This document shows positions 21,961 to 35,927 of a DNA stretch of 55,284 nucleotides, piece by piece. A program made the position numbers and the translations under genes. The first letter of the stretch is position 1, and every line of letters begins with the position of its first letter. This stretch comes from a virus (Duplodnaviria > Heunggongvirae > Uroviricota > Caudoviricetes): IMG/VR virus record IMGVR_UViG_2648501186_000003, positions 1 through 55,284 of that record; one strand, 5' to 3'. The notes beneath the pieces were generated by a model. The model was not told where the DNA came from. It ran no database searches and saw nothing but the letters and a program-made list of their open reading frames with translations.

Positions 21961-22812
21961 ATGATAAATTATGTCTACGGCGAACAACTGTACCAGGAGT
22001 TCGTCAGCTTCAGGGATCTCTTTCTAAAAAAAGCTGTTGCACGCGCCCAACACGTTGATACAGCCAGCGACGGTCGTCCTGTACGCCCGGTTGTCGTTCT
22101 ACCGTTCAAAGAAACTGACAGCATTCAGGCTGAAATTGATAAATGGACTTTAATGGCGCGGGAACTGGAACAGTACCCAGACCTCAATATCCCAAAGACT
22201 ATTTTATATCCAGTGCCTAACATCCTTCGCGGTGTGCGCAAGGTTACAACTTATCAGACAGAAGCTGTGAACAGCGTCAACATGACCGCTGGCCGCATTA
22301 TTCATCTGATTGATAAGGACATTCGCATCCAAAAAAGCGCGGGGATCAATGAGCACAGTGCGAAATACATAGAGAACCTGGAAGCAACAAAAGAGCTAAT
22401 GAGGCAGTACCCGGAGGATGAAAAATTCCGTATGCGCGTACACGGCTTTAGCGAAACAATGCTGCGCGTCCACTACATTTCCAGTAGCCCTAACTACAAT
22501 GATGGTAAATCAGTTAGTTACCATGTGCCACTGTGTGGCGTGTTTATCTGCGATGAAACTCTCCGTGATGGAATTATCATCAACGGTGAATTCGAAAAAG
22601 CAAAATTTAGCCTTTATGACTCCATAGAACCGATCATCTGCGACCGCTGGCCGCAAGCAAAAATATATCGCCTGGCAGATATTGAAAATGTAAAAAAACA
22701 AATTGCCATCACTCGCGAAGAGAAAAAGGTTAAGTCAGCCGCATCAGTTACGCGCAGCCGTAAAACCAAGAAGGGGCAGCCAGTAAACGACAACCCCGAA
22801 AGCGCGCAATAA
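21961..22812 (+). CDS. c1: C1 repressor of lysogeny
   Basis: 283 aa, placed with coi next to lox and cre as in the P1 ImmC region. Confidence 0.85.
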   Translation: MINYVYGEQLYQEFVSFRDLFLKKAVARAQHVDTASDGRPVRPVVVLPFKETDSIQAEIDKWTLMARELEQYPDLNIPKTILYPVPNILRGVRKVTTYQTEAVNSVNMTAGRIIHLIDKDIRIQKSAGINEHSAKYIENLEATKELMRQYPEDEKFRMRVHGFSETMLRVHYISSSPNYNDGKSVSYHVPLCGVFICDETLRDGIIINGEFEKAKFSLYDSIEPIICDRWPQAKIYRLADIENVKKQIAITREEKKVKSAASVTRSRKTKKGQPVNDNPESAQ

Positions 22813-22815
22813 ATT

Positions 22816-22850
22816 ATGCCCGGCATCAACCGGGCATTCTTCCATTATTC
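22816..22850. terminator. Hairpin terminator between convergent c1 and antirepressor copy 2
   Basis: tgcccgg-catcaa-ccgggca followed by a T-rich stretch. Confidence 0.45.
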
Positions 22851-23963
22851 AGCCGCCACCGGTTTTAACAAGCCAGCATCGAGCAGTTTACGCGTCAGCC
22901 ACTGCTGGCCTTTACCCGTTAATTGAGGCGTCAACCGTATCTGGTAGCCATCTTCATCATCCAGCACCACTTCTTTCACCGTGAAATACCCCGCATTGAT
23001 GTACTGCTGGAACGGCACATTTTTACGTCCACCGGACGCTATCAGGATGCCGTTCTCCCGTAACCAGGCAAACAGCGCGTTTTGCTTAAGTCCAACAACC
23101 TTTGCAAAATTCCCAATCAGGATCCCTTTAGCTACTGATACCCGGTCGGCAAAATCGACCTTAGGAGCGGCGGCCACCAGCTGCTGATTTAGCTGGTGGG
23201 CTTTCTGTTCCAGAAGTTGCTTTTGTTCAGCCAGTTCGGCAGCCAGGCGTAGGGCTTCAGGAAGCGTCTGGGGGATTGCGATCGGTTGCTGTTCTTTTTG
23301 TCGGAAGTAGCTGTCTTCCAGTTTTTCAAAGAATGCCCATGCCTGATCGGTTTCGAGCATTTTAGCGTGGCGGGCTGCGCCGCGTTCTGTCCAGAGGGTG
23401 AGTGAGCGAACATTGCGAGCAATTTTTACAGAGTAGTTTAAAGCTACTCTGTGCTTCAACTCGCGCAATGATTCTCCTTCAACTTTGAAAAAGTGCTTCC
23501 CTTCAACAAAGCGTACTTTGTTCTCATGATGATTTTGGCGAATACGGATTGTTTCTGTCCCATACCCTCTAGCAAGAGTCTCGGTTGTCACTACACGCAC
23601 TCCCTGCCATTCCAGAACGGGAATTTCATCAGACTGATTCTGAACAACCACCAGCTCCGATTCCTGAACTGAAGGTGCATGAATTTTTTCTGATTTAACG
23701 TTAGTTGCTTTCATTCTGTGTGCCTCCTTGCGTGCTTCGGCTGCGGCGGTTGCGTAATTCAGATGACCCTGTTCGAGCAGGTATTCGCGGATATCAGACA
23801 ACAGGATACGGTGAACCGCGTTCTTGTCCTTTCTCCGGTAAAGTTGTTTGGTGATCATGAAGTAGTTGGCAATAACGCCTGGTATATCCCTGGTACTGAT
23901 ACAGGCAGTGTGCTGTTCAATTGCCTCGATCATCTCTTCACGGGTGACTAATGACGTTCTCAT
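22845..23963 (-). CDS. Phage antirepressor-like protein with Bro-N/ANT-type middle domain and KilAC C-terminal domain (copy 2)
   Basis: 372 aa; shares its N-terminal ~75 aa and C-terminal 150 aa with the copy at 18108-19166. Confidence 0.65.
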   Translation of the reverse strand: MRTSLVTREEMIEAIEQHTACISTRDIPGVIANYFMITKQLYRRKDKNAVHRILLSDIREYLLEQGHLNYATAAAEARKEAHRMKATNVKSEKIHAPSVQESELVVVQNQSDEIPVLEWQGVRVVTTETLARGYGTETIRIRQNHHENKVRFVEGKHFFKVEGESLRELKHRVALNYSVKIARNVRSLTLWTERGAARHAKMLETDQAWAFFEKLEDSYFRQKEQQPIAIPQTLPEALRLAAELAEQKQLLEQKAHQLNQQLVAAAPKVDFADRVSVAKGILIGNFAKVVGLKQNALFAWLRENGILIASGGRKNVPFQQYINAGYFTVKEVVLDDEDGYQIRLTPQLTGKGQQWLTRKLLDAGLLKPVAAE

Positions 23964-24153
23964 AGTCCCTCCTGAGCAGAAGCGTTAACAGGGAGGCACC
24001 AGTAACTGAGAGAATTGCGTGAATCAGTGGAAAAACGGGCAGAGAAAATACATGGGGCGTCAGGAAGCTGAGAGCGGGCCTCATCTTCTGTTGGTGCAAT
24101 AACGAAGTGATAGTGACGTTTTTGGCAGGAGTAAAAGCGCCAGATAAATTCAG
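22845..24153. repeat. Right arm of the inverted duplication
   Basis: Reverse complement matches 17917-19166 at both ends. Confidence 0.7.
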
Positions 24154-24181
24154 GATGAGTTGGGGTAGGGATAGTAGCCAT
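23960..24181 (-). CDS. Icd-like small protein (73 aa), coupled to antirepressor copy 2
   Basis: Residues 10-73 are near-identical to the 17890-18111 ORF; ATGA overlap with the antirepressor start. Confidence 0.5.
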   Translation of the reverse strand: MATIPTPTHPEFIWRFYSCQKRHYHFVIAPTEDEARSQLPDAPCIFSARFSTDSRNSLSYWCLPVNASAQEGL

Positions 24182-24500
24182 ATTGGCAGCCTCCTTAGAC
24201 GTTGGTATGTAACCACCGCAGAAGAGACCAATCTTGCTGGCGGTGGACTGTACGGAGTTGGCCTTACTGGCGTCCAAGGTAACCAGCCTACCCGAAGGTA
24301 GCCCCATACAGCCCACCATTGTAGAGGTGTGCGTGTACGCCGATACAAAAAAAAGACGCGAGCGGCGTCTGTATCGCCTTAGACTTAAGCGGGAGGCCAA
24401 TCCCGGCACCCGTTTTAATGAGGTGCCTGATAAGCATAAACCGAAAATGCCTCAAGGCGCAAGAGGTCAGGCTCAATGTAACATCGGTAGTTAAAAAACA

Positions 24501-24517
24501 CAATTTATTAGAGCAAA
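24501..24517 (-). promoter_or_regulatory. C1-operator-like site (15/17)
   Basis: caatttattagagcaaa, upstream of the icd-antirepressor copy 2 leader. Confidence 0.5.
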
Positions 24518-24520
24518 TAT

Positions 24521-26005
24521 TCATTCATTAAGCCATGCCAGAGCCTCATCAACCTGCGCTTCGTCTTCGACGCTAAGCACTTCATCCTGGGGAACATAAT
24601 CCGCCAGCATAGCGAAACAATATGTATCCCAATGGTCTGGTGAGTGCAGGTTGAGTTTTTTCTTCATATCCTCCTTACTCATCACCTTCCATTGACCTGC
24701 GGAGTTAATCCCTACAGGGATTTTCGACGCTTCCTCAATAGTTTCATTACCCTTATCCAGTCTCATACGACCAGATTTTACGGCCTCTGCGGCTTGAACG
24801 TTGGCATAAGCACGTTTATCAAAGTACAGGCTCTTATCTTCACGGCTATGCATCTTTTTACCCCAGCGTATACGCTGTACGGTAATACCATAATGCTCGT
24901 ACATCAGATCCGCCGTTGCTTTACCCAGGCCATCGCCGTCGATCGCTATGGTGATATTTGGGAATCGCTCAGGATTACATTCTGCGAAAATTTTGGCGGC
25001 AAGCTGCGTTTCTGTAACGTCTGTGTATTCCAGCATTCGATAGTTGATTACACGGCGTTTATTTCGCTGGCCGGACACCATCATGATATTGATAACGGAC
25101 TTATCCCGTCCCGTACCACCAGCAACGTCCACACATGCAAGCCAGCCCCATCCTTTTGCAATCTTGACTTTCCGCCGCGTTGCACGTTCAACCTCATCAC
25201 GTCCAAGAAGGAAGCCATCCTGTGATTTAGGGAATAGGCCGCGTACCTTAATCATGTACATAGGGTTATCACGCCCGCCGTACTCCGCCAGCTTCATTTT
25301 GATAAATGCTGGCGTTACCAGCGGTGATTCCTCACTGTTAAGCGTGATCGCCGTATAAACGCCATCAGGGTTACCAGGACGCTTGGCCAGTTTATGGTGA
25401 GTATCGTAGAAATAGCCGCTTGGGCGTGTAGGCTGTGACAGCAATAAGATGCGGTTATCCTGTCCGGTAAGAGCACCGGTGATGATACCGAAAGCTCTAT
25501 CACTGACACCGGAGGCTTCATCGATAATATACAGAAGATGATCTGCGTGTTCACCTGCGAGAGCTTCTTCACTTCCCAGACGAAAGCCCTTCGGTACTAC
25601 AGTCCATACACCTTTACCAGTAACTTCATAAAAAGCGGTTTCTGTCAGAACAAAATAATCAGCAAGCCACGGAAAACGGCTGGTGGCCGTAGCCCAGTTT
25701 ATCTTGATGTACTTGAATATACCGGTCATTACCTGCTGAATTTTGTTCGCAACGATAATGGCACGGGCACCGGGATACATGATTATGAACAACATGATCA
25801 TGATAGAAGTCATGTCTGATTTCCCGGTACCGTGACCAGACGAAACAGATGTCTTGCTACCCTGTTCCTGCACAGACTCAATAATCAGATCCTGCTGCCA
25901 GGTAGGTGTTTTGCCGAACAAAACATCAGCGGCCGCAATCCAGTCATAACGATATAGCGCCACCAGCTCGCGCCAACGTGGATCCGTTACGCAACTTCTG
26001 GCCAT
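24521..26005 (-). CDS. pacB: Terminase large subunit PacB
   Basis: 494 aa; ATPase Walker A (GHGTGKSD) and nuclease region; coupled to pacA. Confidence 0.85.
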   Translation of the reverse strand: MARSCVTDPRWRELVALYRYDWIAAADVLFGKTPTWQQDLIIESVQEQGSKTSVSSGHGTGKSDMTSIMIMLFIIMYPGARAIIVANKIQQVMTGIFKYIKINWATATSRFPWLADYFVLTETAFYEVTGKGVWTVVPKGFRLGSEEALAGEHADHLLYIIDEASGVSDRAFGIITGALTGQDNRILLLSQPTRPSGYFYDTHHKLAKRPGNPDGVYTAITLNSEESPLVTPAFIKMKLAEYGGRDNPMYMIKVRGLFPKSQDGFLLGRDEVERATRRKVKIAKGWGWLACVDVAGGTGRDKSVINIMMVSGQRNKRRVINYRMLEYTDVTETQLAAKIFAECNPERFPNITIAIDGDGLGKATADLMYEHYGITVQRIRWGKKMHSREDKSLYFDKRAYANVQAAEAVKSGRMRLDKGNETIEEASKIPVGINSAGQWKVMSKEDMKKKLNLHSPDHWDTYCFAMLADYVPQDEVLSVEDEAQVDEALAWLNE

Positions 26006-27198
26006 TAATCATCATCCCCGTATAGCTTGCGGGTAACTTCTTCGTCTTCCTCCTCGTCTTCGTCCAGGTCTTGTTCCAGCCATGGGTCGTTTGATACACC
26101 TTCAGTATCAACATCTCCATAACCGCCTGTATCAACGATATCGGCGATTTCTTCCCTACGCTGCTCAATCCACAATGCGGCATCGGCGCGGCGGTTGGCG
26201 GCCCGTTCTCGCGCAACTTTGTCCAGATCTTCAAGAGAAGGGCCACCGACGGCTGTTTGCCTTTCCTCATCATCGGTATTGGTCTTAGGAGCACGCAGAT
26301 CGGCTTTGATTTGCTCCAGCATCAGGGGCGGCACTTTTCCGCCATGCGCCTCGATGAATTCAGCTGCTTCCAGCACTGACCAGTTATTTTCACGCTTTCG
26401 TTCGTATGCCAGCTTAACAATGCCAGCTTGCCCCATAGATAAAGCGTGCTTTTCCGCCTCCCGGCTTTCTTTTCGATAGTTATTCCGGATGCTGTAAATG
26501 GTGTTGATCAGGCTGCTTATCTGCGCGGAACAGCTGTTTAGCATGCTCGCGATACGATATTCAGGCGGAGTCCCTTCATCATCGTCTTTTTGCTGATCGC
26601 GCATTTCCTGCACCAGACGAATACACGTATCCCTGGCGTTCTCCAGCATAAGGAGATGAGAAAGAGACTTTTCCAGAAGAGTGGTTTCCAGAACATCGGC
26701 CCCGGACCGACGCAACATAGCGCGAGCGGCCTTCCGCGCTTCAACGTTATCTATCAGGTAATCGCCAGCTTCGAATTCAAAGCGTTCACCATCATCATCC
26801 AGGGTGTCGCGTTCCAGGCGATCACGTAAGGTCCGGTGGGCGCGGGTGATCACGTCATGATCATCAGAACGATCATTTATGCGCTTATTTTGGCGCTTCG
26901 CATTCTCGACTGCGGCACTGACAACGGCATTAACTCTCTGTTTTTCCGCTATTTCAGCCGCAATATGATCACCTGCATGTTGATCATTAGAGTGATCAAT
27001 GATCATGCTTTTTAGTGGCTTCCTGACTGGCTTATTTGGCTTGCGGCTGTCCGCAGTCCTGGTGTCTTCTTTGAAGGCACGGAGATAACGACGTGCGGTA
27101 TTAGGGTTAAGATTAAACTCGGCGGCATACTGTGCGATGGTGTAACCACCATCTCGCGCCAGGCGAGCAAAATTCTTCTTGTGATCGTCCCAGGTCAC
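26005..27198 (-). CDS. pacA: Terminase small (pac-site recognition) subunit PacA
   Basis: 397 aa; N-terminal HTH-like region and acidic C-terminus; directly upstream of pacB. Confidence 0.85.
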   Translation of the reverse strand: MTWDDHKKNFARLARDGGYTIAQYAAEFNLNPNTARRYLRAFKEDTRTADSRKPNKPVRKPLKSMIIDHSNDQHAGDHIAAEIAEKQRVNAVVSAAVENAKRQNKRINDRSDDHDVITRAHRTLRDRLERDTLDDDGERFEFEAGDYLIDNVEARKAARAMLRRSGADVLETTLLEKSLSHLLMLENARDTCIRLVQEMRDQQKDDDEGTPPEYRIASMLNSCSAQISSLINTIYSIRNNYRKESREAEKHALSMGQAGIVKLAYERKRENNWSVLEAAEFIEAHGGKVPPLMLEQIKADLRAPKTNTDDEERQTAVGGPSLEDLDKVARERAANRRADAALWIEQRREEIADIVDTGGYGDVDTEGVSNDPWLEQDLDEDEEEDEEVTRKLYGDDD

Positions 27199-27283
27199 TT
27201 ATGCTTCCTTTCGTAAAAACTCTTTTTGACGCGAGGGTAACGAAAGTCACATGTCAAAAGGCCCGGAACGGGCAAGCAATCAA

Positions 27284-27736
27284 TCAGATACGTGCGGATG
27301 TGGCATTACCGTAATGACGGTGCTGACGGGCCACCTTATTGAAAAGTTGACGCGCCATTACCCAAGGCAGGTGCTCCCGGCGTTCCTTTTCGTCCTGCGT
27401 CATATAGAGTTCGTTCTGGAGTTTTTCATCAAACCGGCGCGGAGCGCGGCTGCGGCGAAAGAATTCAGGATTCAGAGAGTGGATCTGAAATCTACGTGGG
27501 CGTGTACTGTCATCAATCAAAACAGACGAATACTTAGACACAGCGATAGCCTTTAAGCGCAGATAAACATCGCGCTTATCGACATCCAGATGCGGGTATT
27601 CCTTTTCAAGGATTGCTGCGAGTTCTTTCGCTGATAGAAGAGATTTAGTGCGAATCATGTAATCCGCAATCTCATACGATGTAATTCGTGAGTGATTTAT
27701 TTCCATGAAGTGGCGTCCCTGCCAGTTAAGTAACAT
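27284..27736 (-). CDS. lpa: Late promoter activator-like protein (P1 Lpa position)
   Basis: 150-aa ORF between pdcB and pacA; named by synteny. Confidence 0.55.
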   Translation of the reverse strand: MLLNWQGRHFMEINHSRITSYEIADYMIRTKSLLSAKELAAILEKEYPHLDVDKRDVYLRLKAIAVSKYSSVLIDDSTRPRRFQIHSLNPEFFRRSRAPRRFDEKLQNELYMTQDEKERREHLPWVMARQLFNKVARQHRHYGNATSARI

Positions 27737-27806
27737 CCTGTCACCTACTGATTAGCCCATGTCAACTAATCAACGACGAATATAATACCCTAGATTAAAG
27801 AAATAG

Positions 27807-27823
27807 CAATACATTAGAGCAAT
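27807..27823 (-). promoter_or_regulatory. C1-operator-like site (14/17), upstream of lpa
   Basis: caatacattagagcaat. Confidence 0.4.
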
Positions 27824-27824
27824 T

Positions 27825-28868
27825 TTATCTAACGCTCGACGAGTGACTTGTGATAGCGCCGACTCCAAGCGCGTAATCAAAGAACAATCGTTGATGCATC
27901 GCCAGCCTGCCGTGCGTCTTCTCCCAATTATCGCGGTCACGCTCAATATCACGCTGGCATGACTGGCACAGAGGAATTGCGTAAATGTCATGCGCGCATA
28001 ATCGACTATGACGAACGATATAAGGCGTAATGTGAGCGCCAGCTCCCGCAGCTCCACACCCACAGCATGGACGGGAAGCAACAAAGTCCATGTACTCAGG
28101 TAATTTTAGCGATTGCAGTTTTGGTATTTTGAAATGCGCCATGCCAGGGTCGGAGTCAACATCCACAGGGCATACTTTTGCACGCATCGGCGCGGCGCGT
28201 TCTTCCATCATCTGAACATATGCTGTAGCACGATCGTCATACGGGCGAATATCCGCCTCTTTCAAAGGTCCGCTATCCTGCGGAGCAGCCTTCATCTTAT
28301 TTATTGATATGCGGCAGACTTCTTCCGGCATCAGGTGCATCATGTTACGCATGAAAGCCCACCAGCACAGCTCCTGAATACTTAAATCATGGCTATCTGA
28401 AAGGCCCATTTCCTGACGGGCGACATCCAGTATCCAGTTAACGCGATTATTATGCAGCGTTTCTTTCAGCTCATTAAAACCACGCATCCGGTAATGGTTA
28501 TCGTGATGCCAGCACAACAACACCGCGCTATTGTCTCGTTCTGCGTGGACAATATGGTTGTCACACCAGCTACGATCTGCGGCCTGGCATTGCCCCTCTT
28601 TCCTGCGCAACCACGCCACCAGCGCGTCAATTCCACCAATACGGCGAAACAGTTCATCGCTGTTAAAAAACGGCTGCAACGCCTCATTTGTTGCCATAGT
28701 TTGCTCGGAAACAACGAGGCCGTCGTCCATGTGCTCGATTAACTCACGCGGCACCGGCTCCATAATAAATTTACGGCCAGCCTCCACCAGCTTTCTGACT
28801 TCCTGATCCACTTTGAATGTGGCGACGCCAAGCTCTTTTTGTACAAAGGGAGTAATTACGGCTTTCAC
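27825..28868 (-). CDS. Cys/His-rich hypothetical protein (P1 pdcB position)
   Basis: 347 aa with a [12 protein letters not shown]...C..C..H cluster; named by synteny. Confidence 0.5.
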   Translation of the reverse strand: MKAVITPFVQKELGVATFKVDQEVRKLVEAGRKFIMEPVPRELIEHMDDGLVVSEQTMATNEALQPFFNSDELFRRIGGIDALVAWLRRKEGQCQAADRSWCDNHIVHAERDNSAVLLCWHHDNHYRMRGFNELKETLHNNRVNWILDVARQEMGLSDSHDLSIQELCWWAFMRNMMHLMPEEVCRISINKMKAAPQDSGPLKEADIRPYDDRATAYVQMMEERAAPMRAKVCPVDVDSDPGMAHFKIPKLQSLKLPEYMDFVASRPCCGCGAAGAGAHITPYIVRHSRLCAHDIYAIPLCQSCQRDIERDRDNWEKTHGRLAMHQRLFFDYALGVGAITSHSSSVR

Positions 28869-28895
28869 ATCACACCTTTCATCACTGATTGGGCT

Positions 28896-29096
28896 TTATC
28901 TGCTGCCCGGCATTCTCTGTTTAAGCACAACCATTTCCTGACGGCATAACACAGCAATAGCGGTCCTGGCACCAATTTGCTTACCAACCAGGTATTGCTT
29001 TACCTCGCGGCGACTCACGCCATCAAGAAGCATCTTTAACGCTTCACGGGACAATTTGTTGTATTTGCGTGCCATTAATCTACTCCGCAGAACCAT
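28896..29096 (-). CDS. Small basic ORF downstream of doc
   Basis: 66 aa, overlaps the doc 3' end; uncertain. Confidence 0.3.
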
Positions 29097-29460
29097 ACAA
29101 TCTACGTAACGTGTCGGCGACAGAAGATACAGATATCTCGCCAGTCGCAGCGCCTACAGTAAGGTCTGCCAGTTCAGGTGAATCAAATACCTGCACCCCG
29201 TTACGGCGTAGAAATAGCAGCGCGCTGTTTAGCGCGGTACGCTTATTGGCATCATTGAATATATGCCCTCTCGCTGTAGCCACCAGGTAGGTGGCGGAGA
29301 CTTCGAAAAGGTCGGTGATCTCTTCGTAGGCAACTCTGGCCTGAACTCTCCCGATAATGGCCTCTGCCCTGCCCGGATCTGACATGCCAGGCAGGCCGCC
29401 GTAGCGGCTTATATTCGCATCATGAAGCGCAATAAGTTCTTCCGGTGATATATGCCTCAT
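29080..29460 (-). CDS. doc: Doc toxin (Fic-fold kinase) of the Phd-Doc addiction module
   Basis: 126 aa with Fic-like motif [11 protein letters not shown]. Confidence 0.95.
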
Positions 29461-29681
29461 TATCGGTTAACCAGTTCCTTGTTGGTGGAGTCCAGGGTGT
29501 CAAACAGGGATGCAAATTCAGCATCCAGCGCCGCTTTTTTGTAGGCTTCGAAAGTAGCCTTGCTGACAATTACTGCTGGCTCACGGCCTCTGCGGGTGAT
29601 TTCAACCTCTTCCCCGGCCTCAACATTGTTGAGCACTTCAGAAAGGTTGCCGCGCGCGGTACGGAAGTTAATGGATTGCAT
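29460..29681 (-). CDS. phd: Phd antitoxin
   Basis: 73 aa ([32 protein letters not shown]...); stop overlaps the doc start. Confidence 0.95.
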
Positions 29682-29857
29682 AAACACCTCATGTACTCGT
29701 TATGTGTACACAATTATATGCTTCATAGGCATAAAGCACCAGCACTTTGCGGCTTAACAAAACTCTAGGCAGGTCATTCGTTGCCTAATATCCGAACTAC
29801 TAAAGCATCAGAGTTGCTGTAGAATCACCGCCAATTACTTAAGCCTGAAATAAGTGG

Positions 29858-31416
29858 ATGAAAATGACAAGTATTCAACAACGTGCAGAGCTTCATCGTC
29901 AAATCTGGCAAATTGCTAACGATGTCAGAGGTTCTGTCGATGGATGGGATTTTAAGCAATACGTTCTGGGCGCACTTTTCTACCGTTTTATCAGCGAAAA
30001 TTTTTCCAGTTATATGGAAAATGGTGATGACAGCATCTGTTATGCGGCACTTGATGACGGCATTATTACTGATGACATTAAAGACGATGCCATCAGAACC
30101 AAAGGCTACTTCATCTACCCCAGTCAGCTTTTCTGCAACGTAGCGGCGAAAGCAAATACCAATGACAGACTGAATGCAGATTTAAATAGTATCTTCGTTG
30201 CTATCGAAAGCTCTGCTTACGGTTACCCTTCAGAAGCTGACATCAAAGGTTTGTTTGCTGATTTCGATACAACCAGTAACCGCCTGGGGAATACCGTTAA
30301 GGATAAAAATGCCCGCCTGGCTGCGGTTCTGAAAGGGGTTGAAGGGTTAAAGCTTGGCGACTTTAACGAACATCAGATTGACCTGTTCGGCGATGCCTAT
30401 GAGTTCCTGATTTCTAACTATGCCGCGAATGCCGGTAAGTCCGGCGGCGAGTTCTTTACACCGCAGCACGTCTCTAAGCTGATTGCACAACTGGCTATGC
30501 ACGGGCAGACCCACGTTAACAAAATCTACGACCCGGCAGCAGGTTCCGGTTCTCTGTTATTGCAGGCTAAAAAGCAGTTTGATGACCACATCATCGAAGA
30601 AGGTTTTTTTGGTCAGGAGATCAACCATACGACCTATAACCTGGCGCGTATGAACATGTTTTTGCACAACATCAACTACGACAAGTTTGATATCAAGCTG
30701 GGCAATACGCTGACTGAACCGCACTTCAGAGATGAAAAACCGTTTGATGCCATCGTTTCTAACCCGCCGTATTCGGTGAAATGGATTGGCAGCGATGACC
30801 CGACGCTGATTAACGATGAGCGTTTTGCCCCGGCTGGCGTTCTGGCCCCCAAATCCAAAGCTGACTTTGCGTTTGTATTACATGCGCTGAACTATCTTTC
30901 GGCCAAAGGTCGTGCTGCGATTGTCTGCTTCCCGGGTATTTTTTACCGTGGCGGCGCAGAGCAGAAAATCCGTCAGTATCTGGTCGATAATAACTATGTC
31001 GAAACCGTAATTTCACTGGCTCCGAACCTGTTCTTTGGCACCACCATTGCCGTAAACATTCTGGTTCTGTCCAAACATAAAACGGATACCAACGTTCAGT
31101 TTATTGATGCCAGCGAACTGTTCAAAAAAGAGACCAACAACAATATCCTGACCGATGCCCATATCGAACAAATTATGCAGGTATTCGCCAGCAAGGAAGA
31201 TGTTGCTCATCTGGCGAAATCTGTCACGTTTGAGACCGTTGTAGCGAATGACTATAACCTGTCAGTGAGCAGCTATGTGGAAGCGAAAGATAACCGCGAA
31301 ATTATCGATATTGCTGAGCTGAATGCTGAGCTGAAAACCACGGTCAGCAAAATCGACCAGTTGCGCAAAGATATTGATGCGATTGTGGCTGAAATTGAAG
31401 GCTGCGAGGTGCAGAA

Positions 31417-31420
<4 letters not shown>
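29858..31420 (+). CDS. hsdM: Type I restriction-modification methyltransferase subunit (Type IC, EcoR124-like)
   Basis: 520 aa; N6-adenine methyltransferase motifs (NPPY), N-terminus like EcoR124 HsdM as remembered. Confidence 0.95.
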
Positions 31421-32610
<1,190 letters not shown>

Positions 32611-32731
32611 TTGACCATTGCTACCGACCGGGCCACCTTAACACCCGGTCAGTATATAGACTATTTTTTACACGCTGGAAGTCACCATTAACGCCCTTCC
32701 GGCCCTTGCCAGACGGCACAAAGGATGCGCT

Positions 32732-35700
32732 ATGACTCATCAGACACACACCATTGCTGAATCCAATAACTTTATCGTCCTTGATAAGTACATCAAAGCT
32801 GAGCAAACAAGCGACAGCTACCAGAGCGAATCGGACCTGGAACGTGAACTGATTCAGGACCTGCAAAATCAGGGCTATGAATTTATATCCGTAAAATCAC
32901 AGTCAGCGATGCTGGCCAACGTTCGGGAACAGCTTCAGAGCCTCAATGGTGTGGTATTTAATGACAGCGAATGGCGGCGTTTCACGGAGCAGTATCTGGA
33001 CAACCCGAGCGATGGTATTCTGGATAAGACCCGTAAAATCCATATCGACTATATTTGCGACTTTATTTTTGACGACGGGCGTCTTGAGAACATCTATCTG
33101 ATCGATAAAAAGAATCTCATGCGCAACAAAGTGCAGATTATCCAGCAGTTTGAACAGACGGGTTCTCATGCTAACCGTTATGACGTCACGATCCTGGTTA
33201 ATGGCTTACCACTGGTACAAATCGAACTGAAAAAGCGCGGCGTGGCGATTCGTGAGGCTTTCAACCAGATACATCGTTACAGTAAAGAGAGTTTTAACAG
33301 CGAAAATTCCCTGTTTAAGTATCTGCAACTGTTTGTCATTTCTAACGGCACCGATACCCGTTACTTTGCCAACACCACAAAGCGCGATAAAAACAGTTTT
33401 GATTTCACCATGAACTGGGCGAAATCAGACAACACGCTGATTAAAGACCTCAAAGACTTTACCGCCACCTTTTTCCAGAAACATACTCTGCTTAATGTTC
33501 TGGTGAACTACAGCGTGTTCGATATTAGCCAGACGCTACTGGTGATGCGACCGTACCAGATTGCCGCCACCGAACGAATCTTATGGAAAATCAACAGCTC
33601 CTATAAAGCGAAAAACTGGTCTAACCCCGAAAGCGGTGGCTTTATCTGGCACACCACCGGTTCTGGTAAAACCCTCACCAGCTTTAAAGCCGCGCGGCTG
33701 GCAACAGAGCTGGACTTTATTGATAAAGTCTTCTTTGTGGTCGACAGAAAAGACCTCGATTACCAGACCATGAAGGAATATCAGCGTTTTTCGCCAGACA
33801 GCGTCAACGGCTCGGAAAATACCGCAGGCCTTAAACGAAATCTGGATAAGGACGATAACAAAATTATCGTCACCACTATTCAGAAACTTAATAACCTGAT
33901 GAAAACAGAAAGCGACCTGCCTGTATACAATCAGCAAGTGGTGTTTATATTTGATGAATGTCACCGCAGCCAGTTTGGAGAAGCGCAGAAAAACCTGAAG
34001 AAGAAATTCAAACGCTATTATCAGTTTGGTTTTACCGGCACCCCTATTTTCCCGGAAAACGCTTTAGGTTCAGAAACGACCGCCAGCGTATTTGGTCGTG
34101 AATTGCATTCGTATGTAATTACCGATGCGATTCGTGACGAAAAAGTGCTCAAATTCAAGGTGGACTACAACGATGTGCGGCCACAGTTTAAGTCTTTAGA
34201 GACAGAAACTGACGAGAAAAAACTAAGTGCGGCTGAAAATCAGCAGGCGTTTCTTCATCCCATGCGTATTCAGGAAATCACGCAATATATTCTGAATAAT
34301 TTCCGCCAGAAAACTCACCGTACCTTCCCTGGCTCAAAAGGTTTTAATGCTATGTTGGCAGTGAGCAGCGTGGATGCCGCGAAAGCCTATTATGCGACGT
34401 TTAAACGGTTACAAGAAGAAGCCGCTAATAAATCGGCTACCTATAAACCGCTGCGTATTGCGACAATCTTCTCCTTTGCCGCCAATGAAGAACAAAATGC
34501 CATTGGTGAAATTTCCGATGAAACTTTTGATACCAGCGCAATGGACAGCAGTGCTAAAGAGTTTCTGGACGCTGCAATTCGTGAATATAACAGCCATTTT
34601 AAAACTAACTTTAGCACCGACAGTAACGGTTTTCAGAACTACTATCGTGATTTAGCCCAGCGGGTTAAAAATCAGGATATCGATCTGCTAATTGTCGTGG
34701 GGATGTTCTTAACCGGCTTCGATGCTCCAACATTGAACACGCTATTCGTCGATAAAAACTTACGTTTTCACGGCCTGATGCAGGCATTTTCCCGCACCAA
34801 CCGCATTTATGACGCCACTAAAACCTTCGGTAATATCGTCACTTTCCGGGATCTGGAACGCTCAACTATTGATGCCATAACGCTGTTTGGTGACAAAAAC
34901 ACCAAAAATGTGGTGTTAGAAAAGAGTTATACAGAGTATATGGAAGGCTTTACTGATGCTGCTACAGGTGAAGCTAAACGCGGCTTCATGACAGTAGTTT
35001 CAGAACTGGAACAACGGTTCCCTGACCCTGCCAGTATTGAAAGTGAAAAAGAGAAGAAAGACTTCGTTAAACTGTTTGGTGAATACCTGCGTGCCGAGAA
35101 CATCCTGCAAAACTATGATGAATTTGCCACGCTGAAAGCCCTGCAACAAATCGATCTTAGCGATCCTGTTGCGGTAGAAAAATTCAAAGAAGAACATTAT
35201 GTGGATGATGAAAAGTTCGCTGAATTGCAAACGATTCGTCTCCCTGCTGAACGCAAGATTCAGGATTATCGTTCTGCCTATAACGATATTCGTGACTGGC
35301 AGCGCCGCGAGAAAGAAGCTGATAAAAAAGAAAAATCAACCACTGACTGGGATGACGTGGTTTTTGAGGTCGATTTGCTGAAGTCTCAGGAAATAAACCT
35401 GGATTATATCCTTGGACTGATTTTCGAACACAACAGACAAAATAAAGGCAAGGGCGAAATGATTGAAGAGGTCAAACGCTTAATTCGTTCAAGCCTGGGG
35501 AACCGGGCGAAAGAGGGCCTGGTGGTCGATTTTATTCAGCAAACGAACCTGGATGATTTACCAGACAAAGCCAGTATCATTGAGGCATTCTTTACGTTTG
35601 CTCAACGCGAACAGCAACGTGAAGCAGAAGCATTGATAAAAGAAGAAAATCTCAATGAAGATGCAGCAAAACGCTATATTCGCACGTCTTTAAAACGCGA

Positions 35701-35848
35701 ATACGCCACCGAAAATGGCACAGAATTAAACGAAACATTACCAAAACTTAGTCCGTTAAATCCGCAATATAAAACGAAAAAACAGGCAGTTTTCCAGAAA
35801 ATCGTCTCGTTTATTGAGAAGTTTAAAGGCGTAGGCGGAAAAATATAG
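32732..35848 (+). CDS. hsdR: Type I restriction endonuclease subunit (Type IC)
   Basis: 1038 aa; helicase motifs (TGSGKT, DECH) and an N-terminal nuclease region. Confidence 0.95.
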   Translation: MTHQTHTIAESNNFIVLDKYIKAEQTSDSYQSESDLERELIQDLQNQGYEFISVKSQSAMLANVREQLQSLNGVVFNDSEWRRFTEQYLDNPSDGILDKTRKIHIDYICDFIFDDGRLENIYLIDKKNLMRNKVQIIQQFEQTGSHANRYDVTILVNGLPLVQIELKKRGVAIREAFNQIHRYSKESFNSENSLFKYLQLFVISNGTDTRYFANTTKRDKNSFDFTMNWAKSDNTLIKDLKDFTATFFQKHTLLNVLVNYSVFDISQTLLVMRPYQIAATERILWKINSSYKAKNWSNPESGGFIWHTTGSGKTLTSFKAARLATELDFIDKVFFVVDRKDLDYQTMKEYQRFSPDSVNGSENTAGLKRNLDKDDNKIIVTTIQKLNNLMKTESDLPVYNQQVVFIFDECHRSQFGEAQKNLKKKFKRYYQFGFTGTPIFPENALGSETTASVFGRELHSYVITDAIRDEKVLKFKVDYNDVRPQFKSLETETDEKKLSAAENQQAFLHPMRIQEITQYILNNFRQKTHRTFPGSKGFNAMLAVSSVDAAKAYYATFKRLQEEAANKSATYKPLRIATIFSFAANEEQNAIGEISDETFDTSAMDSSAKEFLDAAIREYNSHFKTNFSTDSNGFQNYYRDLAQRVKNQDIDLLIVVGMFLTGFDAPTLNTLFVDKNLRFHGLMQAFSRTNRIYDATKTFGNIVTFRDLERSTIDAITLFGDKNTKNVVLEKSYTEYMEGFTDAATGEAKRGFMTVVSELEQRFPDPASIESEKEKKDFVKLFGEYLRAENILQNYDEFATLKALQQIDLSDPVAVEKFKEEHYVDDEKFAELQTIRLPAERKIQDYRSAYNDIRDWQRREKEADKKEKSTTDWDDVVFEVDLLKSQEINLDYILGLIFEHNRQNKGKGEMIEEVKRLIRSSLGNRAKEGLVVDFIQQTNLDDLPDKASIIEAFFTFAQREQQREAEALIKEENLNEDAAKRYIRTSLKREYATENGTELNETLPKLSPLNPQYKTKKQAVFQKIVSFIEKFKGVGGKI

Positions 35849-35927
35849 CCCAATTCGTGTTTTTCTTGCGGGTTCTTAATAAAACCCGCAAGAGACCGTA
35901 GGGTTCCAAATGGCTAATATACTCCCC

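Noticed and set aside
35861-35895. Hairpin directly after the hsdR stop, considered as its terminator
   Set aside because: No U-run follows the stem on either strand; the terminator at 36043-36075 is the better candidate.
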